Sequence record: SRR31156797_33060
DNA: 32,537 bases
Direction: 5' to 3' (one strand)
The first letter of the stretch is position 1. Every line of letters starts with the position of its first letter. The notes beneath the pieces were generated by a model. The model saw only the letters and a list, made by a program, of their open reading frames with translations, was not told the origin of the DNA and made no database searches. Made by a program: the position numbers and the translations under genes. Shown piece after piece: positions 1 through 7,529 of this stretch.

Positions 1-122
1 TCTCTGCGCTCAATAACGTTGAAAGGGAATTCATTCCTGCCGTTATTAAGCTTGTTCTGAACTCGTTGATAAAGCTCTGAATCCCGAATCTTGAGGTCAC
101 TTGAGTATAAGACCATTAATAG

Positions 123-161
123 TATGCGTGTTATGCATAGAACTAATGCTAAAGTTTCATT
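123..161 (+). promoter_or_regulatory. Putative tandem LysR-type operator (recognition and activation sites) upstream of acuI
   Basis: TATGC-N7-GCATA (123-139) and AATG-N9-CATT (145-161). Both fit T-N11-A and lie 22 bp apart; candidate -10 TAGACT at 184-189. Confidence 0.45.
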
Positions 162-227
162 TAATTCATCACCCGATCAACGCTAGACTGTAGTCAACAA
201 CAGATAAATCTCCCGTGGAGGAATGCT

Positions 228-1208
228 ATGTTTCAAGCTTTAACCCTTAACCAAGAAGACAAACGCACTATTGCTTCGATAGAACAGATTGACGAATCTC
301 AGCTTCCAGAAGGTGAAGTCGTTGTTGCCGTTGATTACTCTTCATTGAATTACAAAGATGGCTTAGCCATTACTGGTAAAGGCAAAATTATTCGCAACTT
401 CCCTATGGTTCCGGGTATTGACCTTGCGGGTGAAGTCATCAGTTCTGAAGACAATCGCTATAAAGCTGGCGACTCGGTTGTACTGACAGGTTGGGGAGTC
501 GGTGAAAACCATTGGGGTGGCATGGCTCAAAAAGCTCGCCTCAAAGCAGACTGGTTAGTGCCTCTTCCACAAGGTTTCTCAGCAAAACAAGCCATGATGA
601 TCGGTACTGCTGGCTTTACAGCGATGCTATGTGTCCAAGCTCTTCTTGATGCCGATGTTAAACCTGAAAATGGCCCAGTATTAGTGACAGGTGCTAGCGG
701 TGGCGTTGGCTCTGTAGCAGTGACTCTGCTGGCTCAGTTAGGTTACAAAGTTACAGCGGTAACTGGCCGTGTAGAAACAAATGGTCCATTGCTGGAAAAA
801 TTGGGCGCTAGCCAAGTCATTGATCGCTCTGAATTTGAAGAGCCAGCCCGTCCACTGGAAAAACAGGTATGGGCAGGCGCGGTTGATACCGTCGGCAGTA
901 AAGTTCTGGCTAAAGTTTTAGCGCAAATGGATTACAACAGTGCCGTTGCAGCTTGTGGTTTGGCTGGTGGCTTTGACCTTCCAACGACCGTAATGCCTTT
1001 TATACTACGTAATGTACGTCTACAAGGTGTGGATTCCGTTAGCTGTCCGCAAGAGAAACGTATTGCAGCATGGGAAAAATTAGCACAGTTATTGCCAGCA
1101 AGTTACTTCGAGCAAGCTTGTACTGAAATTACGCTTGATGAAGCCCCTAAGTACGCTGAAGATATTACTAATGGTCAGGTAACGGGTCGTGTCGTTATTA
1201 AGTTATAA
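228..1208 (+). CDS. acuI: Acrylyl-CoA reductase AcuI / YhdH family NADPH-dependent MDR oxidoreductase
   Basis: 326 aa with YSSLNYKD, VPGIDLAG, GWGVGENHWGG, GTAGFTA, VTGASGGVGS and PFILRNV motifs typical of YhdH/AcuI; GGAGG RBS upstream. Confidence 0.9.
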   Translation: MFQALTLNQEDKRTIASIEQIDESQLPEGEVVVAVDYSSLNYKDGLAITGKGKIIRNFPMVPGIDLAGEVISSEDNRYKAGDSVVLTGWGVGENHWGGMAQKARLKADWLVPLPQGFSAKQAMMIGTAGFTAMLCVQALLDADVKPENGPVLVTGASGGVGSVAVTLLAQLGYKVTAVTGRVETNGPLLEKLGASQVIDRSEFEEPARPLEKQVWAGAVDTVGSKVLAKVLAQMDYNSAVAACGLAGGFDLPTTVMPFILRNVRLQGVDSVSCPQEKRIAAWEKLAQLLPASYFEQACTEITLDEAPKYAEDITNGQVTGRVVIKL

Positions 1209-1218
1209 CGTTTTCAAT

Positions 1219-1243
1219 AGATAAGGCTCTTTGAGCCTTATCT
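1219..1243. terminator. Hairpin between convergent acuI and LysR genes (likely bidirectional terminator)
   Basis: Perfect 11-bp stem AGATAAGGCTC-TTT-GAGCCTTATCT between the two stop codons. Confidence 0.7.
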
Positions 1244-2190
1244 TATTCTAACCCCATATCTTCCACGCGTTTCGCTATCAGCTTGCCACACTCTTCTTTA
1301 ACAATGCTTCTCAGCCACTCCTGCACAGGAGAATGCTCGCAGCGCGGGTGCCAAATCATTGAATAGTCAAAAGGCGTGAAATGGAAAGGTAATGGTTTCA
1401 CGACTAAATCATACCTATCAGCCACTAAATAGGCTAAATCTGCTGGCACAGTCATAATTAAAGGCATCATATCAATAACCGCCAAAGCCGCTTCTAAATG
1501 ATAAGCACGTAAAACCATTTTCCTTGGAGGATGAGTGTCTAATGCTTGTTCAATTAAAGCTTTTACGCCATCGCTAATCGCGATCATTGCATGAGGAAAC
1601 CGCAAGTAGTCTTGCAGACTCATGGTGTCATTGGCTAACGGATGTTGCTTAGATAACAGACACAGCACGCCAACTCTTCCCAAAACTTGATGCTGTAGCG
1701 GCTCAACTGCCCTAATTGGACGGCAAATTGCGAGATCAGCACCATCGTAGGTCAATTGCTCAATCAACCTTTCGTGCTGAAGAGGTAAAAATTCAAACGC
1801 AACGTTAGGTGCCTCTTTGTATATTCGAGGTAACGCAAAGGGCAAAATGGTTTGCATTGCATAGTCTGTTGTCGCAATCGTAAAGGTATGATCGCAGGAT
1901 TCAGGATCAAATGTTAAAGGGGAAAGGACCTGGCGGAGAGATTCTAAAGGTTCGCCTAGCGCCGCATTAACCACTAACGCTTTTTCTGTTGGAATGAGAT
2001 GCTGCCCCTGACGAGTAAACAACGGGTCAGACAATAAGTCACGTAATCGCCCTAGCACTCGACTCATTGCTGATTGGCTCAGATTTAGGCGTTCTGCAGC
2101 TCGACTAACACTGCACTCTTCCACCAGCACTCTTAGTGCAATCAGCAGATTCAAATCACGGCGGTAAACATCTTCTAATTCCACAATCAC
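1243..2190 (-). CDS. LysR-family transcriptional regulator (NodD/MexT/YidZ-like)
   Basis: N-terminal HTH DLNLLIALRVLVEECSVSRAAERLNLSQSAMSRVLGRLR...DPLFTR; FDP...TFTIATTDY linker; C-terminal MIWHPR...WLR. GTG start at 2190 or 2184. Confidence 0.92.
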   Translation of the reverse strand: MIVELEDVYRRDLNLLIALRVLVEECSVSRAAERLNLSQSAMSRVLGRLRDLLSDPLFTRQGQHLIPTEKALVVNAALGEPLESLRQVLSPLTFDPESCDHTFTIATTDYAMQTILPFALPRIYKEAPNVAFEFLPLQHERLIEQLTYDGADLAICRPIRAVEPLQHQVLGRVGVLCLLSKQHPLANDTMSLQDYLRFPHAMIAISDGVKALIEQALDTHPPRKMVLRAYHLEAALAVIDMMPLIMTVPADLAYLVADRYDLVVKPLPFHFTPFDYSMIWHPRCEHSPVQEWLRSIVKEECGKLIAKRVEDMGLE

Positions 2191-2231
2191 ACTCAGGTTT
2201 TATAACAATAGTCAGAGTGTAACCAATAAAT

Positions 2232-2257
2232 AAAAAAAATCCCGCCTTTCAGCGGGG
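2232..2257 (-). terminator. Intrinsic terminator downstream of the 62-aa ORF
   Basis: Minus strand reads CCCGC-TGAAAG-GCGGG-A followed by T8. Confidence 0.75.
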
Positions 2258-2328
2258 AAGCCCAAGAAAACTGGGGATAGTGTCGGAATATCGTCGTAAG
2301 CGTAGTCAGTAATGTGAAAGATAGAACC

Positions 2329-2517
2329 TTAATGCTTTTGTTCTTCAGAGGAACCGTTCCAGAGATGCACCTCCAGCCAGATTCCACCAATTGAAGCAAT
2401 CACACCTATGAGCGGCATTAAAGAGTGTTCTACCGCTGTCTTCATCATTACTAGTGAGCAAAAGGAGATAAAGCACATAACCGAATAGATGGTCAGTCTA
2501 TCTAATGCTGTTAACAT
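2329..2517 (-). CDS. Small hypothetical membrane protein (62 aa, two predicted TM helices)
   Basis: ATG start, two hydrophobic segments and a charged tail; occupies otherwise empty space divergent from tusA and has a terminator downstream. Confidence 0.65.
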   Translation of the reverse strand: MLTALDRLTIYSVMCFISFCSLVMMKTAVEHSLMPLIGVIASIGGIWLEVHLWNGSSEEQKH

Positions 2518-2652
2518 ACCACTTTTGTCTCACTTTGTTACCAACTTGTTAATAAAGTTAAACCAAATTGTTTCAAACAACAAGAGATTATTGAATATTT
2601 TTTCTTCAACAGTATTATCAACGCCCTAAATGTGACATCCGTTAGGTTTACT

Positions 2653-2901
2653 ATGAGTTTTAATACAGAAATTGCTGATAAGACATTAGAAGCAGAAGGA
2701 TTACGCTGCCCTGAACCAGTAATGATGGTTAGGAAGACAATTCGAACGATGCAGAATGGTGAAGTACTTCTGGTCAAAGCGGATGACCCATCGACAACGC
2801 GAGATATTCCAAGCTTCTGCCGATTTATGGATCACCAATTAATTGGTTCAAAGACTGATGAACTTCCTTACCTTTACCTGATAAAGAAAGGGTTGGAGTA
2901 G
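2653..2901 (+). CDS. tusA: Sulfur carrier protein TusA (SirA)
   Basis: [13 protein letters not shown] (CPxP) and [18 protein letters not shown]; start reassigned to ATG 2653 after AGGT. Confidence 0.95.
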   Translation: MSFNTEIADKTLEAEGLRCPEPVMMVRKTIRTMQNGEVLLVKADDPSTTRDIPSFCRFMDHQLIGSKTDELPYLYLIKKGLE

Positions 2902-2906
2902 AACTG

Positions 2907-2940
2907 AAAAAGGCTGCCACATTAAATGTGGCAGCCTTTT
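2907..2940. terminator. Bidirectional intrinsic terminator
   Basis: AAAAGGCTGCCACAT-TAA-ATGTGGCAGCCTTTT, a perfect 15-bp stem between convergent genes. Confidence 0.9.
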
Positions 2941-2942
2941 GC

Positions 2943-3203
2943 TTAATTTTGATCTTCAACAGAACGTAATTCAGACTGAAGCATCTGGATCTGTTTTTGC
3001 AGCGCGCGAATATCATTATGTAGCGGAATAATATGTGATACGCGGATCCAGGACTCTACCGTTAAGCCAGCCATTATGATTGCACCAGCAACCATAGGTA
3101 TCCACATATCCGTTAACGACATTCCCAACAAAGTTAATGCAAAGCCAAAAGTAAATAAGTAGCTCTGACTTTTAACGCTCATCCCCATGTATCGTGACAA
3201 CAT
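2943..3203 (-). CDS. Small hypothetical membrane protein (86 aa; two TM helices and C-terminal coiled coil)
   Basis: Start reassigned to ATG 3203 after a GAGGG RBS. Two hydrophobic stretches are followed by heptad-like LHNDIRALQKQIQMLQSELR, and the ORF ends at a terminator. Confidence 0.75.
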   Translation of the reverse strand: MLSRYMGMSVKSQSYLFTFGFALTLLGMSLTDMWIPMVAGAIIMAGLTVESWIRVSHIIPLHNDIRALQKQIQMLQSELRSVEDQN

Positions 3204-3334
3204 AAACGAGCCCTCTTTTTCGAAAACAGTCACCATTACATTAGCATGACAAGCGTGACACAAATATGTCAGCCACCTCAATATCGGTCAGAATTTACGC
3301 AAAAATTGCAAGCAAATAATGCAGAAACCAACCT

Positions 3335-3355
3335 CTAAGGTTTATCAAACCTTAG
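3335..3355 (-). terminator. Hairpin directly after the UPF0016 gene stop (probable terminator or 3' stabiliser)
   Basis: CTAAGGTTT-ATC-AAACCTTAG, perfect 9-bp stem; the U-tract is weak. Confidence 0.5.
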
Positions 3356-3358
3356 CAC

Positions 3359-3913
3359 TTATAAGAACGCAGTTCCGGCAGCCAAAGCCAAGAACAACAA
3401 AGCGGTCACTTTACGAATAATGCCCAAAGGAAGTTTGTCCGCAGACAGTTTGCCGATCAAGACAACCGGTACATTGGCCAACAACATACCAATGGTTGTG
3501 CCCAATACGACCCAAGTTAGAGCTTCAGCATATTGAGCTCCAAGAATAGAAGTCGCAATTTGCGTTTTATCGCCGATTTCCGCCACAAAGAACGCAATAA
3601 AACTGGCAACAAAAGGGCCTCGATTAGATATTTCTTCATCATCATCCAACTTATCAGGTATCAACACCCACCCAGCCATAGCGAGGAAGCTGACAACAAC
3701 AGCCCATTTTAGAACTTCTGGAGATAAGTAATCTGCGACCACCACACCTAACCAGGCTGCTAAGGCATGGTTAACAATGGTTGCTAGGAAAATAGCCGCA
3801 ATAATAGGAACCGGTTTACGGTAACGGCTGGCTAACAAAAGGGAAAGTAATTGGGTTTTGTCACCAATTTCGGCTAAGGCGACTGTTGTAATTGAAATTG
3901 CTAAAACGCTCAC
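3359..3913 (-). CDS. mneA: UPF0016/TMEM165/GDT1 family putative Mn2+ exporter (MneA-like)
   Basis: Two copies of the family signature E-x-G-D-K-T (AEIGDKTQ twice); hydrophobic 184 aa; GTG start; upstream Mn riboswitch. Confidence 0.88.
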   Translation of the reverse strand: MSVLAISITTVALAEIGDKTQLLSLLLASRYRKPVPIIAAIFLATIVNHALAAWLGVVVADYLSPEVLKWAVVVSFLAMAGWVLIPDKLDDDEEISNRGPFVASFIAFFVAEIGDKTQIATSILGAQYAEALTWVVLGTTIGMLLANVPVVLIGKLSADKLPLGIIRKVTALLFLALAAGTAFL

Positions 3914-3988
3914 GACCTACTCATTAGGGCAGGGATTATTATATTTAACCGTAGACAAACCCCACGCCCTACCCAAGTTCGTGGTGCT

Positions 3989-4115
3989 TGTCTAAGGTCT
4001 TGCTAAACTCGAAGGGCTTCGAGTCTCGAGCGCCATGGTGATTTTGCACCAATTATGTTGACGAACGAATCAATTCCACTTGCCATGGTCATTGATAAGC
4101 TACTCCCCAAAGACA
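3989..4115 (-). ncRNA. yybP-ykoY manganese riboswitch aptamer
   Basis: Minus strand: P1 TGTCTTTGG/CCTTAGACA, conserved GGGGAGTAGC and GCAAGACC, P2 ATCAAT/ATTGAT, P3 CGTCA-ACATAATT-GGTG..CACC-A-TGGCG, P4 ACTCGAAG/CTTCGAGT. Forms a four-way junction upstream of a UPF0016 gene. Confidence 0.92.
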
Positions 4116-4121
4116 GGCTGA

Positions 4122-4150
4122 ATTCTATCCAGCATCGTTATCAATCTCAA
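4122..4150 (-). promoter_or_regulatory. Sigma70 promoter for the riboswitch-mneA transcript
   Basis: TTGAGA-N17-TAGAAT on the minus strand; predicted +1 falls at the 5' end of P1 (~4115). Confidence 0.7.
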
Positions 4151-4332
4151 CCCTAAATTATCGATACGCACCGTTTTTAGGAAATAACGACTAATAAACG
4201 ATAAAAACTCTCCAAAAAGAAAGTTTGAGCGAATAAATAGACAATATTGCCTCTACTTTGTTGGGGGATAACTGGGTATACTTGATTGTTATTTTTTATC
4301 AATTCAGACAGAAGAATCGCGCGAACCTGACT

Positions 4333-5250
4333 ATGCAAAAATACGACATCAAAACCTTTCAGGGTATGATCCTCGCGCTGCAGGATTATTGGGCCCAACA
4401 AGGCTGTACCATTGTTCAACCATTAGATATGGAAGTGGGCGCGGGTACGTCTCACCCAATGACGTGCTTACGTGCACTTGGCCCAGAGCCAATTGCTACC
4501 GCGTATGTTCAACCTTCACGCCGCCCGACTGATGGCCGTTACGGTGAAAACCCTAACCGTCTTCAACATTACTACCAATTCCAGGTAATCATTAAGCCAT
4601 CACCAGACAACATTCAGGAGCTGTACTTAGGCTCATTGGAAGTTCTGGGTATTGACCCACAAGTTCACGATATCCGTTTCGTGGAAGATAACTGGGAAAA
4701 CCCAACGCTAGGTGCATGGGGTCTTGGCTGGGAAGTGTGGCTAAACGGTATGGAAGTAACACAGTTTACTTACTTCCAACAAGTTGGCGGCTTAGAGTGT
4801 AAACCTGTTACTGGTGAAATCACTTACGGTATTGAGCGTCTGGCAATGTACATTCAGGGCGTTGATTCTGTGTATGACTTAGTTTGGACCGATGGTCCAC
4901 TAGGTAAAGTGACTTACGGTGACATTTACCACCAGAATGAAGTTGAGCAATCAACTTACAACTTCGAGCACGCAGATGTTGATTTCCTATTCACTTTCTT
5001 CGACCAGTGCGAAAAAGAGTGTAAATACCTGCTTGAGCTTGAAAAGCCTCTTCCGCTACCCGCTTATGAACGCATTCTAAAAGCAGGCCACGCGTTCAAC
5101 CTACTGGATGCTCGTAAAGCAATCTCAGTAACAGAGCGTCAGCGTTACATCCTACGTATCCGCAACCTGACTAAGTCAGTTGCAGAAGCGTACTACGCAT
5201 CTCGTGAAGCTCTTGGCTTCCCAATGTGTAAAAAGGATGAGGACAAATAA
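4333..5250 (+). CDS. glyQ: Glycine--tRNA ligase alpha subunit
   Basis: [56 protein letters not shown]; start reassigned to ATG 4333. Confidence 0.98.
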   Translation: MQKYDIKTFQGMILALQDYWAQQGCTIVQPLDMEVGAGTSHPMTCLRALGPEPIATAYVQPSRRPTDGRYGENPNRLQHYYQFQVIIKPSPDNIQELYLGSLEVLGIDPQVHDIRFVEDNWENPTLGAWGLGWEVWLNGMEVTQFTYFQQVGGLECKPVTGEITYGIERLAMYIQGVDSVYDLVWTDGPLGKVTYGDIYHQNEVEQSTYNFEHADVDFLFTFFDQCEKECKYLLELEKPLPLPAYERILKAGHAFNLLDARKAISVTERQRYILRIRNLTKSVAEAYYASREALGFPMCKKDEDK

Positions 5251-5251
5251 G

Positions 5252-7333
5252 ATGGCAAAAGAATTTCTAATTGAATTAGGTACTGAAGAATTACCACCAA
5301 CGCAACTTCGTACGTTAGCGGAAGCTTTTGCTAACAACTTCGAAGCAGAGCTAAAAAGTGCTGATCTTGAGTACACAAACATCAAGTGGTACGCGACACC
5401 TCGTCGTTTAGCACTGAAAGTAGCTGAACTGGCTGAAGGTCAGGCAGACAAAGTTGTAGAAAAACGCGGCCCTGCGATTTCTGTTGCTTTTGATGCTGAC
5501 GGTAACCCAACCAAAGCCGCTCAAGGCTGGGCTCGTGGTAACGGTATCGCTGTTGAAGATGCTGACCGTCTAAAAACCGATCAAGGTGAATGGCTGCTTT
5601 ACAAACAAGAAGTAAAAGGTCAAGAAACCAAAGCGGTTGTAGTTGAACTGGCAGCGAAAGCACTGGCTAACTTGCCTATCGCAAAACCAATGCGTTGGGG
5701 TGACAAAGAGACTCAATTCATTCGTCCGGTAAAAACGCTGACCATTCTGTTTGGTGAAGAGCTTATCGAAGGTGAAATCCTGGGTGTGTCTTCTGGCCGT
5801 ACTATCCGTGGTCACCGCTTTATGGGTGAAGCTGAGTTTACTATTGATTCTGCCTCTCAATACCCTGCAATTCTTGAAGAACGCGGTAAAGTTATTGCGG
5901 ACTACGATGCTCGTAAAACAACTATCATTGCTGATGCGCAAAAAGCAGCACAAGAAGTTGGCGGTATCGCAGACTTAGAAGATGACTTAGTTGAAGAAGT
6001 CACTTCCTTGGTTGAATGGCCAGTGGTGCTGACAGCTAAGTTTGAAGAAGAATTCCTGAAAGTCCCTTCTGAAGCTTTGGTTTACACCATGAAAGGTGAC
6101 CAGAAGTACTTCCCAGTGTATAACGCTGACAAGAAACTGCTGCCAAACTTTATCTTTGTTTCTAACATCGAGTCTAAAGAGCCTCGTCATGTTATCAAAG
6201 GTAACGAGAAAGTGGTTCGTCCACGTCTTGCGGATGCAGAGTTCTTCTTCAACACTGACCTGAAGAGCAAACTGATTGATCGCCTTCCTCAACTTGAAAC
6301 CGCGATCTTCCAGCAAAAACTGGGCACCATCAAAGACAAAACAGACCGTATTACTGAACTTGCAGGCTACATTGCTGAGCAAATCGGTGCGGATGTTGAA
6401 AAGTCTAAGCGTGCTGGCCTACTAGCGAAATGTGACCTAATGACATCGATGGTATTCGAGTTTACCGATACTCAAGGTGTTATGGGTATGCATTACGCTC
6501 GCCATGATGGTGAAGCGGAAGAAGTTGCTGTAGCCCTGAACGAGCAATACATGCCACGTTTCGCAGGCGATGACCTACCAAGCAACGGCGTATCTTCTGC
6601 TGTCTCAATGGCAGATAAACTGGATACGATTGTTGGTATTTTCGGTATTGGTCAGGCACCTAAAGGTAGTGACCCATTTGCACTACGTCGTGCATCACTC
6701 GGTGTGCTGCGTATTATCGTTGAATATGGTTACAACCTAGATTTAGTAGACCTTGTAGCGAAAGCGAAATCGCTATTTGCTCAAGAAGATGGTACTAGCC
6801 GTCTAACTAACGACAACGTTGAGCAAGACGTTATCGAGTTCATGCTAGGTCGTTTCCGTGCTTGGTATCAGGATGAAGGTTTCAGCGTAGACATCATTCA
6901 GGCTGTACTGGCTCGTCACCCGACTAAACCAGCTGATTTTGACCAACGAGTTAAAGCGGTTTCTCACTTCCGCGAACTGGAAGCGGCAGAATCACTCGCA
7001 GCGGCAAACAAACGTGTGGGTAACATTCTGGCTAAGTTCGACGGCGAGCTACCGGCTGAGATTGAACTGTCTCTTCTACAAGAAGATGCAGAGAAAGCGT
7101 TAGCTGAAAACGTGGAAGTTCTGACTGAAGCTCTAGAGCCAGCGTTTGCTACGGGTAACTACCAGCAAGCACTAAACCAATTAGCAGCACTACGTGAACC
7201 TGTTGATGCGTTCTTTGACAACGTGATGGTTATGGCTGATGACGAAGCGTTGAAGAAAAACCGTCTAACGCTTCTGAACAACCTACGTAACTTGTTCCTG
7301 CAAATTGCGGACATTTCACTACTTCAAAAGTGA
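5252..7333 (+). CDS. glyS: Glycine--tRNA ligase beta subunit
   Basis: [41 protein letters not shown] 5252 lies one base after the glyQ stop. Confidence 0.98.
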   Translation: MAKEFLIELGTEELPPTQLRTLAEAFANNFEAELKSADLEYTNIKWYATPRRLALKVAELAEGQADKVVEKRGPAISVAFDADGNPTKAAQGWARGNGIAVEDADRLKTDQGEWLLYKQEVKGQETKAVVVELAAKALANLPIAKPMRWGDKETQFIRPVKTLTILFGEELIEGEILGVSSGRTIRGHRFMGEAEFTIDSASQYPAILEERGKVIADYDARKTTIIADAQKAAQEVGGIADLEDDLVEEVTSLVEWPVVLTAKFEEEFLKVPSEALVYTMKGDQKYFPVYNADKKLLPNFIFVSNIESKEPRHVIKGNEKVVRPRLADAEFFFNTDLKSKLIDRLPQLETAIFQQKLGTIKDKTDRITELAGYIAEQIGADVEKSKRAGLLAKCDLMTSMVFEFTDTQGVMGMHYARHDGEAEEVAVALNEQYMPRFAGDDLPSNGVSSAVSMADKLDTIVGIFGIGQAPKGSDPFALRRASLGVLRIIVEYGYNLDLVDLVAKAKSLFAQEDGTSRLTNDNVEQDVIEFMLGRFRAWYQDEGFSVDIIQAVLARHPTKPADFDQRVKAVSHFRELEAAESLAAANKRVGNILAKFDGELPAEIELSLLQEDAEKALAENVEVLTEALEPAFATGNYQQALNQLAALREPVDAFFDNVMVMADDEALKKNRLTLLNNLRNLFLQIADISLLQK

Positions 7334-7365
7334 TAGAGCGTTTCAGTTTTAACTAACTAAACAGC

Positions 7366-7404
7366 AAAAAGCGGCTAACTCATCCGAGTTGAGCCGCTTT
7401 TTTT
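7366..7404 (+). terminator. Intrinsic terminator of glyQS
   Basis: AAAAAGCGGCT-AACTC-ATCC-GAGTT-G-AGCCGC followed by T7. Confidence 0.88.
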
Positions 7405-7529
7405 ATATAGTACGAAATAGTGCTTTGCCTCACAAAAACATTACGGTATGTTCAGAAGCTATTCTAAACGGTGGAGATTCTATCTACCGACACTCATTAA
7501 AATAAACACAACTATCCAGGTAGTCAGCA

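Noticed and set aside
1..116. Open minus-strand frame from ATG 116 (MVLYSSDLKIRD...) running off the window, and a short plus-strand frame ending at TGA 58-60
   Set aside because: No recognisable motif or good RBS, and truncated by the window edge; cannot be supported.
2193..2399. 68-aa minus-strand ORF with a Thr-rich stretch (TLLTTLTTI) before a terminator, resembling an attenuator leader
   Set aside because: No proximal start or RBS, no stop before the terminator, and it overlaps the better 62-aa ORF.
3927..3934. KOPS-like GGGCAGGG on the plus strand
   Set aside because: Single octamer in the counter-replichore orientation, explained by riboswitch expression-platform pairing.
4258..4332. 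N-terminal extensions in the ORF track for glyQ (also glyS, tusA, ibpA, mioC, atpE and the 86-aa ORF)
   Set aside because: Longest-ORF artefacts; downstream ATGs fit family N-termini and/or RBS positions.
5176..6382. Several antisense or alternate-frame ORFs within glyS (similar ones in avtA, the ligase gene, gyrB, dnaN, dnaA, mnmE, mnmG and atp genes)
   Set aside because: Shadow ORFs of biased codon usage with no motifs or RBS.
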